The notes under the pieces: model-generated
What the model was told of the DNA's origin: nothing
Seen by the model: the letters and a program-made list of their open reading frames with translations, nothing else
Database searches by the model: none
Position numbers and translations under genes: made by a program
Source: a virus
Taxonomy: Duplodnaviria > Caudoviricetes
Length of the DNA stretch: 53,593 nucleotides
Virus record (IMG/VR): IMGVR_UViG_3300006802_015709
Coordinates: 1 to 53,593 of that record
Reading direction: 5' to 3' (one strand)
In this document: positions 35,135-45,010 of the stretch, one piece after another
Layout: each line of letters begins with the position of its first letter
How positions within the stretch are numbered: position 1 is the first letter of the stretch

Positions 35135-36088
35135 ATGAAAGAATCTAATTATTTAAGTCCATTAGTAAAGTTTAGCATTCGCGAGCCACAAAAGGATGAG
35201 AGAAAGATTTCTTATTCCCAATACTCGATGTATGAAACATGTCCCAAATCTTGGGAATTAGCTTATGCACGTGGATTAAGAGAATATCAGCAATCTATTC
35301 ATACTCTCTTTGGCACTGCTTTCCACGAAACACTGCAGACATATCTAACAGTAATGTATACCAAATCAATTAAAGCTGCAGATGAACTTCCATTGCAAGA
35401 AATGCTACAAAATAGCATGAAGGAAGAATATATCAAAGCAACTGAAGCTGGTATAACTGGATTCACTACCAAAGAAGAAATGGCTGAGTTTTATACTCAT
35501 GGAGTTGAGATTTTGGAATGGATTAAGAAAAATCGCGGTAAGTATTTTACCAATCAGAATTGGGAGCTAGTAGGAATAGAAGTACCGATATGCCATCCGG
35601 TATCCGAATCAAATGACCATGTTATAATGATTGGATTTCTAGATGTAGTATTGCGTAATACAAAGACAGATGAAATTGTCATTATAGATATCAAGACTAG
35701 CACAGCTGGTTGGAATAAGTATCAGAAAGCAAATAAGCTTAAGGCATCTCAATTGGTATTATATAAGGAATATTATGCTAAACAATTCGGAGTTGATGTT
35801 GAAAAGATACATATTGAATACTTTATAGTAAAGCGTACTCTAATGGAAGGTGCAATGTTTCCTCAGAAAAGAGTGCAACAATTCAGACCCGCTTCAGGTA
35901 AGCCAACTCGTAACAAGCTTATTAAGAGTTTAGATTCATTTGTTGAATCTTCATTTGGTAAAGATGGCTCATATAATCTTGATAGAGAATATCCAGCTGT
36001 AGGTGGAAAGGGGTTGAAAAATTGCCGTTACTGTTTGTTTGCAGACCGCGAAGATCTTTGTCCTAAGGCAAATAGAATACGAGAATGA
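35135..36088 (+). CDS. PD-(D/E)XK exonuclease, Cas4/AddB-like with 4-Cys Fe-S site
   Basis: ISYSQ....TCP, FGTAFH, GFLDV, IIDIKTS, QL.LY, C-terminal CRYC...CP. Start reassigned to ATG 35135 after the promoter at 35101-35129. Confidence 0.85.
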   Translation: MKESNYLSPLVKFSIREPQKDERKISYSQYSMYETCPKSWELAYARGLREYQQSIHTLFGTAFHETLQTYLTVMYTKSIKAADELPLQEMLQNSMKEEYIKATEAGITGFTTKEEMAEFYTHGVEILEWIKKNRGKYFTNQNWELVGIEVPICHPVSESNDHVIMIGFLDVVLRNTKTDEIVIIDIKTSTAGWNKYQKANKLKASQLVLYKEYYAKQFGVDVEKIHIEYFIVKRTLMEGAMFPQKRVQQFRPASGKPTRNKLIKSLDSFVESSFGKDGSYNLDREYPAVGGKGLKNCRYCLFADREDLCPKANRIRE

Positions 36089-36483
36089 AGATAGCTATTA
36101 TTGGTAGTAGAGAATGGAGCAATACACGTAAAATAAAAGACTTGCTATCATCTCTCAAACAAAAATTTGGTGATGATTTGGTTATTATTAGTGGCGGTGC
36201 GAAGGATGGTGCTGATGCATATGTAAAAAAATATGCTATTGAATTTGGATTGAATTATCAAGAATATAATCCAGCACATACGCAGCGCAATCTATATTCA
36301 GCAATGCCAGATTCATACTATTCAAAGCCATATCATGTAACTCAGTTCCATCATAGGAATATGTTAATAGCAAAAGCATGTGATCGAATGATTGCTTTGG
36401 TACCTGGAGAAGTTACAAAAGGAACTGCCAGTGCAATCAAATATGCAAAAAAATTAGATAAACCAGTAGTAATATTATCATGA
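36085..36483 (+). CDS. SLOG-family (YspA/DprA-like) protein
   Basis: IAIIGSR, IISGGAKDGAD, RNMLI, SxGT-like TKGT..AI.YA. Confidence 0.8.
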   Translation: MKIAIIGSREWSNTRKIKDLLSSLKQKFGDDLVIISGGAKDGADAYVKKYAIEFGLNYQEYNPAHTQRNLYSAMPDSYYSKPYHVTQFHHRNMLIAKACDRMIALVPGEVTKGTASAIKYAKKLDKPVVILS

Positions 36484-36692
36484 AAACAGTTAAAAGTTAT
36501 TTCACAAAGACCTTTGGCAAATATATGGCTAAATGGCAAGCAGGATTCTTTATAACCACTCCATGCATGTATCTATTTACAGATGTGCTAGAGTGGCCAC
36601 ATTGGGCAACTGTTATAGGATTCCAATGTGTAGGTGCCATTGTATTTTGGCCTATTGATACTTACATTTTCTCTAAGAAAAATGAAGATTAA
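36480..36692 (+). CDS. Small membrane protein (2 TM)
   Basis: Hydrophobic segments; ATGA coupling to the upstream gene. Confidence 0.65.
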   Translation: MKTVKSYFTKTFGKYMAKWQAGFFITTPCMYLFTDVLEWPHWATVIGFQCVGAIVFWPIDTYIFSKKNED

Positions 36693-36726
36693 ACACGTTA
36701 ATGCATATTTATATTAAAGGAGTTAC

Positions 36727-38181
36727 ATGCAACAAATCAAGCTTCCGAAGTTACGGAAAATAGATCCAAACAAACCTAAAAAGAAGAAAATACTTCTGTT
36801 ATCAGATGACCTGCGAATGCATTCCGGCATTGCCACGATGTCACGTGAGTTTGTATTAGGTACCTGTGCACATTATGATTGGGTTCAAATAGGTGGCGCT
36901 ATCAAACATCCTGATCAGGGTAAGGTATTTGATATTTCAGCTGATGTGGCAAAAGAAACGGGTGTAGAAGATGCATCCATTAAAATATATCCATGTGATG
37001 GATATGGTAATGCCACTATACTACGACAAGTCATCCAAATTGAAAAACCAGATGCAATACTACATTTCACTGATCCTAGATTTTGGCAATGGCTATATCA
37101 AATAGAACATGAAATTCGTCAAAATATTCCGTTGATGTATTATAACATATGGGATGATTTGCCTTATCCAACCTGGAACGAGTCATATTACGAATCATGT
37201 GATTTGCTTATGAACATATCTAGACAAACACAAAATATTGTAAAAAATGTATTACAGAAATTTCCTAAGCCGGATTGGGCAGTGCAATGGGTACCTCATG
37301 GCGTTAACGAGAAAAAGTTTTATCCTATTACTCCTTTGTCTGCAGATTATGATGAGTATACTAAATTCAAAGAAGAATTTCAAAAAACAAATAATGTAGA
37401 TTTCATTGTATTTTGGAATAACCGAAATATTCATAGGAAGCATCCAGGAGATGTAATTCTAGCATTTAATGAGTTTTGCAATTCACTACCAAAGGAAAAA
37501 GCTGAAAAATGTGCATTGCTAATGCATACACAACCTGTAGATCAGAATGGTACGGATTTATATGCAGTTAAACAAGCTGTATGTCCTAAGTACAAGGTAA
37601 TCTTCAGTGATAAGCCTTTAGATACCAAAATGATGAACTTCCTTTATAATATTGCAGATGTAACTATCAATATTGCATCAAATGAAGGATTTGGTATTTC
37701 TTGGTGTGAATCACTTCATACTGGTACCCCTATTATTAATAATGTAACCGGTGGTTTGCAGGATGGATGTAGATTTGTGGATGACGAAGGTAAGTGGATT
37801 GAATTTGATACAGAATTCCCTACCAACCATACAGGTAAATACACATTCCATGGCAGATGGTCTAAACCGGTATTTCCTAGCAATAGATCTTTAGCAGGTT
37901 CGCCATCGACACCGTTTATATTTGATGATAGAGCAGATTTCCGAGATGCAGCCCAAGCTATTAAGTATTGGTATGATATCACTCCAGAGGATAGAGAAAT
38001 AATGGGTAATGATGGTAGAGAGTGGGTATTAGGAAATGAATCAAATATGTCGGCACGAAGAATGTCAGAACGATTTATCGAATGTATTGATGAGTGTTTA
38101 GAAAAATGGACGCCACGTGAAAGGTTTATATTGCATGCGGTTAAGCCTCAAAAGATTAATGAAAATATGGGAGTATTATGA
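36727..38181 (+). CDS. Glycosyltransferase, GT4-like
   Basis: LLLSDD....SG, NRNIHRK, NEGFGIS..ESL..GTPII...TGGLQD; late motif at 36705. Confidence 0.88.
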   Translation: MQQIKLPKLRKIDPNKPKKKKILLLSDDLRMHSGIATMSREFVLGTCAHYDWVQIGGAIKHPDQGKVFDISADVAKETGVEDASIKIYPCDGYGNATILRQVIQIEKPDAILHFTDPRFWQWLYQIEHEIRQNIPLMYYNIWDDLPYPTWNESYYESCDLLMNISRQTQNIVKNVLQKFPKPDWAVQWVPHGVNEKKFYPITPLSADYDEYTKFKEEFQKTNNVDFIVFWNNRNIHRKHPGDVILAFNEFCNSLPKEKAEKCALLMHTQPVDQNGTDLYAVKQAVCPKYKVIFSDKPLDTKMMNFLYNIADVTINIASNEGFGISWCESLHTGTPIINNVTGGLQDGCRFVDDEGKWIEFDTEFPTNHTGKYTFHGRWSKPVFPSNRSLAGSPSTPFIFDDRADFRDAAQAIKYWYDITPEDREIMGNDGREWVLGNESNMSARRMSERFIECIDECLEKWTPRERFILHAVKPQKINENMGVL

Positions 38182-39497
38182 AAAAGACAGTTATAGTAAT
38201 GGGGCCAGTAGCTACACGAAGCGGGTACGGAAATCATACAAGAGATATTGTTAGATCGCTTATCAACTCGGATAAGTATGATGTGAAAGTAATATCATTA
38301 CCATGGGGCGAATGTCCTATGACAGCATTAGATCCGGAAGCAGATGTAGATATTATCAATTGCATTGCAACTACACAAATCAATTATCAACCTGATATTC
38401 ATATACAGGTATCAGTACCAAATGAGTTTCAAGCTTTTGGTAAATACAATATTGGTATTACCGCAGGTATTGAAACAACGGTCTGTGCTCCTGAATGGAT
38501 TGAAGGTTGCAATCGAATGGATAAAATCATTACAGTATCAGAGCACTCAAAGAAAGTATTTCAGGATACGGTATTTGATAAAGTAGATGATAAGACCAAA
38601 CAAAAAGTTGGTGAGCTTAAGTTGGAAAAGCCAATTGAAGTGCTATTCGAAGGCGTTGATGTTGATATATTCCATAAAGAATCCAATATCGAACAAACGG
38701 TTATTGACCAGCTTCGAGAAGTAAAAGAATCATTTGCTTTCTTGTTTGTTGGGCATTGGTTGAAAGGTGATATTGGCCAGGATAGAAAAGATGTTGGAAT
38801 GCTTATCAAAGTTTTTGCCGAGGCATTTAAGAATAAAACATCACGCAATAAACCAGCATTGATTCTTAAGACTAGCGGTGCTACATTTAGCATTATGGAT
38901 AGGGATGCCATAATGGCTCGTATTAGTTCAATATTGGCGCCATACGGCAATAAAGCTCCAAATGTATATCTATTGCATGGAGACATGACTGAAGAGGAAA
39001 TCAATTCGTTATATAACCATCCTAAGGTCAAAGCAATGGTATCACTTACTAAAGGAGAAGGATATGGTCGACCATTAGCAGAATTTGGTACTAGTGAAAA
39101 ACCTATCATTGCTAGTGGATGGTCAGGTCATGTAGATTTCCTTAAGCCAGATTGCAGTATATTGCTTCCAGGTAAATTAACTGATGTACATGCTTCTGCC
39201 ACGGATAATCATATACTTGCACAAGGAAAGTGGTTTACGGTTGATTATGCAGTGGCAGCAAAAGCAATGCATGATGTAATGGAAAATTACGATCGATATA
39301 AAATAGGAGCTAAAAAGCAGGCTGAACATATCAATACCAATTTCACATTGGAAAAGATGGAAGAAAAGCTTGTTGAAATGATTGATTCGGCTGCTGCGAG
39401 TATACCACAACCGGTAGCACTTAAATTGCCTAAGCTTAAGAAAGTCGGTGAGGCCGAAGCACCAAAAATTAAATTACCAAAACTACAAAAGATTTGA
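38178..39497 (+). CDS. Glycosyltransferase, GT4-like
   Basis: TRSGYG, FLFVGHW, DRKDV, GEGYGRPLAE...KPIIASGWSGH.DF. Confidence 0.88.
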   Translation: MKKTVIVMGPVATRSGYGNHTRDIVRSLINSDKYDVKVISLPWGECPMTALDPEADVDIINCIATTQINYQPDIHIQVSVPNEFQAFGKYNIGITAGIETTVCAPEWIEGCNRMDKIITVSEHSKKVFQDTVFDKVDDKTKQKVGELKLEKPIEVLFEGVDVDIFHKESNIEQTVIDQLREVKESFAFLFVGHWLKGDIGQDRKDVGMLIKVFAEAFKNKTSRNKPALILKTSGATFSIMDRDAIMARISSILAPYGNKAPNVYLLHGDMTEEEINSLYNHPKVKAMVSLTKGEGYGRPLAEFGTSEKPIIASGWSGHVDFLKPDCSILLPGKLTDVHASATDNHILAQGKWFTVDYAVAAKAMHDVMENYDRYKIGAKKQAEHINTNFTLEKMEEKLVEMIDSAAASIPQPVALKLPKLKKVGEAEAPKIKLPKLQKI

Positions 39498-39501
39498 AAA
39501 C

Positions 39502-40011
39502 ATGGAAATGAAATTAGATTACGATGAGGTATCTCCGGTAACCGGAAACAAATGTGTAATAGTAGAAGCAGATCCACATAATGGAGAAAATTCACGACTA
39601 TGTATGGAATCAGGATATACTACTAAAGATTCATGGAAAACTGGTTCAGAAGTCATAGAGAAGTATGAAGAGCATATAACTCAATTAATGCGAGATCTTA
39701 AACATGAAGATGATGATTTGGGATTAACATGGTATCCATCTACAATGGTTACTGGCACTACAATGCTATATCCTAAAGGAGAAACAAATGAAGATTGGGT
39801 ATGGGAAGTAGTAAAGGTAGTACCTATCATAGGAGATGATCGATTGAATTATCCAGTACCAGGTACGGAAGATCAATACTATACTAGTCGAGTTGACTTG
39901 GATAATGCCAAACAATATGCTCAAGCTGAATTTGTAAAAGCATTGGATGACTTTTATGCAAATGTAATAGAGGCCATTGCAAAAGCAGAAGAGGAGGTTG
40001 TTAATGGATGA
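39502..40011 (+). CDS. Hypothetical protein
   Basis: Acidic ORF; start reassigned to ATG 39502. Confidence 0.7.
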   Translation: MEMKLDYDEVSPVTGNKCVIVEADPHNGENSRLCMESGYTTKDSWKTGSEVIEKYEEHITQLMRDLKHEDDDLGLTWYPSTMVTGTTMLYPKGETNEDWVWEVVKVVPIIGDDRLNYPVPGTEDQYYTSRVDLDNAKQYAQAEFVKALDDFYANVIEAIAKAEEEVVNG

Positions 40012-40165
40012 GGCAGTAAAAAAACTAGTTGAGAAATATCCTAATGATGATGAACTAGGATATTGGCTCCGCGTACAATATTACCGGGAGCGAGAGAAAG
40101 AAAAGGAAACTATATCCCCAAACCAATTGAAAATGGATTTCAGTCATGAAAAGGAAAATGAATGA
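40004..40165 (+). CDS. Hypothetical protein
   Basis: YPND.ELG..R motif; GGAGG upstream of ATG 40004. Confidence 0.6.
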   Translation: MDEAVKKLVEKYPNDDELGYWLRVQYYREREKEKETISPNQLKMDFSHEKENE

Positions 40166-40241
40166 AAATAACGAATGGTTGCTATGGGCAGTTAGCTTAG
40201 CCACTATCATGTCATTGATGTTACTTAATTTTATGCAATGA
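40158..40241 (+). CDS. 27-aa hydrophobic micropeptide (not in the ORF track)
   Basis: MNENNEWLLWAVSLATIMSLMLLNFMQ*; overlaps the upstream stop, and its TGA overlaps the thyX ATG. Confidence 0.5.
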   Translation: MNENNEWLLWAVSLATIMSLMLLNFMQ

Positions 40242-40879
40242 AGAATACTATAGAATTATTAGGCTATTATGGTTCAGACTTAACTCATGCGCAGTCTGCC
40301 TGGACATCTACATCTCGCGATTTGACAGAAGATAAACTAGCAAGAGTAGATAAACTACTCGATATGTTAGCCTCGGAAGGCCATCATACACCGTTTGAAA
40401 AGTCATCCTTGCATTTCCTGGTAACAGTAGATCAGGCAACTCATATACACCTCTTAAAACACCGTATAGGGGTGTCTATTAATGGAGAATCTGCTCGATA
40501 TAAAGAATTGAAAGAAGATAAGTCATATATACCACCGGATTGGCTAAATCAATTGAATTCTGATAAATGGGCAGGCTTATTGGAAGAATATTCTGCTCGA
40601 GCAAACGAAGCATATCATGAATGCCTAGAAGAACTAACTCCGGTATTAGGAAGAAAACGAGCTAAAGAATCGGCGCGGTTTTTCAAAATGATGAATAGTC
40701 AACTCACAATGGATGTAATGTTCAATTGGAGATCATTTTATCATTTTCAGAAACTACGTAATGATGAACACGCGCAATTGGAGGTACGGGAATTGGCACG
40801 AGAGATGTTGGAGTTGGTGAAGAATATCGAAGGTAATCCATTTGAAAAAACAATAAAGGCTTTTGGATTATTGAATTAA
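40238..40879 (+). CDS. thyX: Flavin-dependent thymidylate synthase
   Basis: GHHTPFE, KHR.GVSINGESARY, KESAR, NWRSF.HF..LR...HAQLEVR. Confidence 0.95.
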   Translation: MKNTIELLGYYGSDLTHAQSAWTSTSRDLTEDKLARVDKLLDMLASEGHHTPFEKSSLHFLVTVDQATHIHLLKHRIGVSINGESARYKELKEDKSYIPPDWLNQLNSDKWAGLLEEYSARANEAYHECLEELTPVLGRKRAKESARFFKMMNSQLTMDVMFNWRSFYHFQKLRNDEHAQLEVRELAREMLELVKNIEGNPFEKTIKAFGLLN

Positions 40880-40899
40880 ATTCCATATATTGATAAGAT

Positions 40900-41535
40900 A
40901 TGAGAATAAGTTACGCTATACCAGTTTGCAACGAAATCAAGGAAATAAAACGTTTACTTGAATTTCTAATCAAAGCTAAACGTCGACAAGATGAAATTGT
41001 TATCCTTGTCGATGAACAGAATGGTACTGAAGAGGTAAAAGATTATGTTGAAGATTTCGCTCATCAGTATTTAGATTTCGATTTTGTTAATGTTTATTAT
41101 CATCCTCTGAACCGAGATTTTGCAGCACATAAGAATTTCTTAAACGGCTGCTGTAAAGGAGATTACATCTTTCAAATTGATGCAGATGAACTTCCAGATG
41201 AATCATTATTGGAATACTTGCCAGAAATACTTGAACTAAATGCAATTGATGCTATATGGATACCAAGAATCAATATTGTTAACGGAATTACTCCTAACCA
41301 TATTGCAAAATGGGGATGGAATTGCAACGAGAATGGCTGGATTAATTGGCCTAATGATGCTCAGCTTCGTGTGTATGCTAATAAACCTGAAATTAAATGG
41401 GAAAGGAAAGTACACGAACGATTAACGGGATATAAAACCATAAGTAAATTTCCTGATCAAAAGGAATTTGCATTATGGCATGTTAAAGATATAGCGCGCC
41501 AAGAACGGCAGAATGAGTTTTATGAGACGATATGA
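40900..41535 (+). CDS. Glycosyltransferase family 2
   Basis: ISYAIPVCNE, DFA..KN, FQIDADE, WxxKVHE. Confidence 0.88.
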   Translation: MRISYAIPVCNEIKEIKRLLEFLIKAKRRQDEIVILVDEQNGTEEVKDYVEDFAHQYLDFDFVNVYYHPLNRDFAAHKNFLNGCCKGDYIFQIDADELPDESLLEYLPEILELNAIDAIWIPRINIVNGITPNHIAKWGWNCNENGWINWPNDAQLRVYANKPEIKWERKVHERLTGYKTISKFPDQKEFALWHVKDIARQERQNEFYETI

Positions 41536-42107
41536 AAGAAAATAATATAAAAAAAATAGCATATCTAGTATTAGGCACTGAGAGTTCAGCTACTAGATTT
41601 GTAACTAAATGCCTGATTCAGGCCGGTTGCTTTGGTGATTCTGATCACCATCAGCGATTAGACTTCGAAGATCCAGTAACAGATACTATAGTTTGGAGAC
41701 GGAGTTATCCACATAAATGGGATGATCCGGATAATTTTCCATATAATATTAAAAATACTATTGGCTGGCCAGATACAGATGCAATGTTAAATAGATTAAC
41801 ATCATTAGGATATAATGTTAAAGTAATAGTTACTACGCGTGATTGGCATGCAATTAACGGATCAGCGACTCGTATTAAATACAGACCTCATACACAAACT
41901 ACTGAGAGATGTATTAATAATACTAAAGAATCATATAAACGTATATTCAACTTCATATGTAAGCATGATTTAGATTATGTAATGTTTAGTTATGAAGCAG
42001 CTATCTTACATGGAGATATGTATATTAATAAAATCATGGGGTTTCTTGGGCTTGACGAAGTATCCGGATTTAATATGAATAACCAAAATTCAAAATATTA
42101 TGAGTAA
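41532..42107 (+). CDS. Sulfotransferase-like P-loop protein
   Basis: LVLGTESSATR (5'-PSB-like), VIVTTRD, SYE, FLGL. Confidence 0.55.
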   Translation: MKENNIKKIAYLVLGTESSATRFVTKCLIQAGCFGDSDHHQRLDFEDPVTDTIVWRRSYPHKWDDPDNFPYNIKNTIGWPDTDAMLNRLTSLGYNVKVIVTTRDWHAINGSATRIKYRPHTQTTERCINNTKESYKRIFNFICKHDLDYVMFSYEAAILHGDMYINKIMGFLGLDEVSGFNMNNQNSKYYE

Positions 42108-42882
42108 AAAAGTAAGCGATTATGTAAGTATAGTGTCGACGTGTTGTGCTCGACTATTTAATGATAAACATCAAGGACTATGGAATGATATACAAAAGTA
42201 CTATCCAGATGTTAATTATTATTTTTATCATGAAAATTCATATGAAAATAAGACCTCAGGCCAAAGTATCGATTTTGATAGTTTAGATATTCCATCATCA
42301 TATCATATTTATGATTTATTTAAAGAATTTGGTGATCTAGAAGACTTCCTAGCCACTTCTAAATTTAATACATGTGGTTCATATGATAAAGCTGATATGA
42401 ATCAAGGATATTGGAAAGCAAACTCGTTATATTGGTTTAGAAAAGCTCCTTCGATATATCATGCGGCTAAGCAATGCAAAACACCATTACTTATTTTCTT
42501 AGACGCGGATCAAAATATCACGCCTGTAGGATCTAATACATCGGAAGATGAATATACAATTGATGATCTATATATAGAGTGGGCTAGTAAACATGATGTA
42601 TTATCTAGACACCGACCTGGGCTATGGACTGAAACAGGACATATTGTTTTTAATTTAGATGCAGGTGGAAAGGAATTTATAGAAAGATTTTATGATTTCT
42701 ATAAAAGCGGTAAGGTATTTGAATTATATAGATGGGACGATTGTTGGGTATTTGACACACTTACCAAAGAAATGAGAATTAATAACGGACCATTATCAAA
42801 AAAAACAGGCGCGCCTGAGGATTTTGAAGGCATCGTAGATCATCATAAAGGTAAATGGCAACATATTAGAGTAAGGAAATAA
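42100..42882 (+). CDS. Putative GT-A glycosyltransferase
   Basis: WFRK, LIFLDAD, ETG...FNL, W.D..VFD, H.KG. Confidence 0.65.
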   Translation: MSKKVSDYVSIVSTCCARLFNDKHQGLWNDIQKYYPDVNYYFYHENSYENKTSGQSIDFDSLDIPSSYHIYDLFKEFGDLEDFLATSKFNTCGSYDKADMNQGYWKANSLYWFRKAPSIYHAAKQCKTPLLIFLDADQNITPVGSNTSEDEYTIDDLYIEWASKHDVLSRHRPGLWTETGHIVFNLDAGGKEFIERFYDFYKSGKVFELYRWDDCWVFDTLTKEMRINNGPLSKKTGAPEDFEGIVDHHKGKWQHIRVRK

Positions 42883-42886
42883 CTAT

Positions 42887-43849
42887 ATGAAACGAGCATT
42901 GATTACAGGTATAAATGGCATGGACGGTAGTCATTTAGCTGATTTATTACTTAGTAAAGGATATGAAGTATTTGGGGTAGAACGAAGGTCATCATCAAAA
43001 AATAGAACAAATACCGCGCATCTTGAAGATAAAATTACATTCCTAGTAGGAGATCTGACAGATCAAAATAGTTTATATCGTTGTTTAGCAGCTGCTAAGC
43101 CTCATGAGGTATATAATTTAGCAGCACAATCATTTGTCGGTGAAAGTTGGAATACGCCTGAATATACATCTGATGTAACAGGATTAGGAGTATTACGAAT
43201 GCTTGAAGCTATTAGAGAATATGATAAATCAATTAAGTTTTATCAGGCTAGTAGCTCGGAAATGTTTGGCAGAATGGTTGAAAACCCAGCTAAAGAATCT
43301 ACTGCATTTTATCCAAGATCACCATATGGTGTAGCTAAATTATACGGTCATTGGATAACTAAAAACTATAGAGAATCATATAATATGTTTGCTTGCTCGG
43401 GAATTTTATTTAACCACGAATCTGAAAGAAGAGGAATAGAATTTGTAACTCGGAAAATATCTGATGGTGTTGCTAAAATTAAGCTAGGATTAGCTGGCCA
43501 TATTTCCTTAGGAAATTTAGACGCTAAGCGAGATTGGGGGTATGCACCTGATTATGTAGAGGCGATGTGGCTAATGTTACAACAAGATATACCGGATGAT
43601 TATGTTATAGCTACAAATGAAACATATTCAATTAGAGATTTTTTAGATGTAGCATTTAACCATATCGGCATTACAACTTGGACTCCATATATTAAACAAG
43701 ATCCAAAATTCTTGCGTCCTGCTGAGGTCGATGTATTACGTGGAGATTACAGTAAAGCTAAAAAATCTTTAGGATGGGAACCAAAAACTAATTTTACTGA
43801 ATTAGTAAAAATTATGGTTAATAATGATATAAATAAACTTATGCAATGA
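42887..43849 (+). CDS. gmd: GDP-mannose 4,6-dehydratase
   Basis: ALITGINGMDGS, YNLAAQS.V..S, FYQASSSE, PRSPYGVAK, GILFNHES, RDWG.A.DYV. Confidence 0.95.
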   Translation: MKRALITGINGMDGSHLADLLLSKGYEVFGVERRSSSKNRTNTAHLEDKITFLVGDLTDQNSLYRCLAAAKPHEVYNLAAQSFVGESWNTPEYTSDVTGLGVLRMLEAIREYDKSIKFYQASSSEMFGRMVENPAKESTAFYPRSPYGVAKLYGHWITKNYRESYNMFACSGILFNHESERRGIEFVTRKISDGVAKIKLGLAGHISLGNLDAKRDWGYAPDYVEAMWLMLQQDIPDDYVIATNETYSIRDFLDVAFNHIGITTWTPYIKQDPKFLRPAEVDVLRGDYSKAKKSLGWEPKTNFTELVKIMVNNDINKLMQ

Positions 43850-45009
43850 AAATTAAATTTTTAGATCTAGGCGATCAGCCTATTGCAAATAGATTTTTAA
43901 CTACTGATAATGTTACAGATGAATTTTTTTATAATTTATCCGTAGGATTTGATAATGATACTAAATTAGTTACTCATATGGAATATGTAGATCCTCCATT
44001 AATGTTTAATGAAAATTACGTATACCGGGGTTCTATGTCAACTACAATGCAAAATCATTTCAAGCAATTTAGTTCTCGGTTTTCTCCGGATTTAAAAATA
44101 TTAGAAATAGGAAGCAATGATGGCGTTTTTATTAAGAATTGGAATAAGTCGACAGCAATTGCCGTAGAACCATGTAAGAATTTCGCAGAAGAAACTACAG
44201 CCTTAGGATATACTACTTATAATGAATTCTGGACTATAGAATTAGCGGAGGACATTAAGGAGAAGCATGGTCAACAGAATATTATTTTCGCGGCTAATTG
44301 TATATGTCATATACCAGATCTGGATAATACCTTTAAGGCAGTATCTAATTTATTAACACATGATGGCGTATTTATTTTCGAAGATCCATCATTAGCTGAA
44401 ATGATTAATAATGGTTCTTATGATCAGATTTATGATGAGCACCCGCATATATTTTCTGTAATTGCATTAGATAATATATTGCAGAGAAACGGGTTGGAAA
44501 TAGTACGTGTAGAAAATTTATCGGTACATGGAGGCTCGAATAGAATATATGCTAAAAAGATAGGGACATCCGAAATAGATGAATCTGTAGAACAGAATAA
44601 AGCATACGAGAAAATATTAGGGGTAGATAATATAGAAACTTTTATACGGTTTGCGCAAAAAGTAAAGCAATCACGCGATGATTTAATTAGGATACTATTT
44701 AAATGTAAAGAAGAAGGTAAAAAAGTTATATCATATGGCGCGACATCAAAGTCGACCACAGTATTCAATTATTGTGGTATAGACCAATCATTAATAGAAT
44801 ATGTATCAGATACAACACCCGAAAAACAAAATAAATTAACGCCTGGTTCACATATACCTGTTATGTTTAAAGATAAAATTGAAGACGATGTTGATTATGT
44901 ATATTTGGGTGCTTGGAATTTCCTAAATGAGATTAAAGAAAAAGAATCTGACTTCGTTAAACGTGGCGGCAAGTTTATAACACACGTACCAATAGTAAAA
45001 TTTGATTAA
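43846..45009 (+). CDS. NDP-hexose C-methyltransferase
   Basis: LDLG.QP.AN.F, EIGSNDG, YDQIYDEH, HGGS.R, YGA..K..T, AWNF. Confidence 0.88.
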   Translation: MKIKFLDLGDQPIANRFLTTDNVTDEFFYNLSVGFDNDTKLVTHMEYVDPPLMFNENYVYRGSMSTTMQNHFKQFSSRFSPDLKILEIGSNDGVFIKNWNKSTAIAVEPCKNFAEETTALGYTTYNEFWTIELAEDIKEKHGQQNIIFAANCICHIPDLDNTFKAVSNLLTHDGVFIFEDPSLAEMINNGSYDQIYDEHPHIFSVIALDNILQRNGLEIVRVENLSVHGGSNRIYAKKIGTSEIDESVEQNKAYEKILGVDNIETFIRFAQKVKQSRDDLIRILFKCKEEGKKVISYGATSKSTTVFNYCGIDQSLIEYVSDTTPEKQNKLTPGSHIPVMFKDKIEDDVDYVYLGAWNFLNEIKEKESDFVKRGGKFITHVPIVKFD

Positions 45010-45010
45010 T

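Noticed and set aside
35135-36088. CRISPR-Cas system implied by the Cas4-like gene
   Set aside because: No cas1/cas2, effector genes or array in the window; solo Cas4-like nucleases are common in phages.
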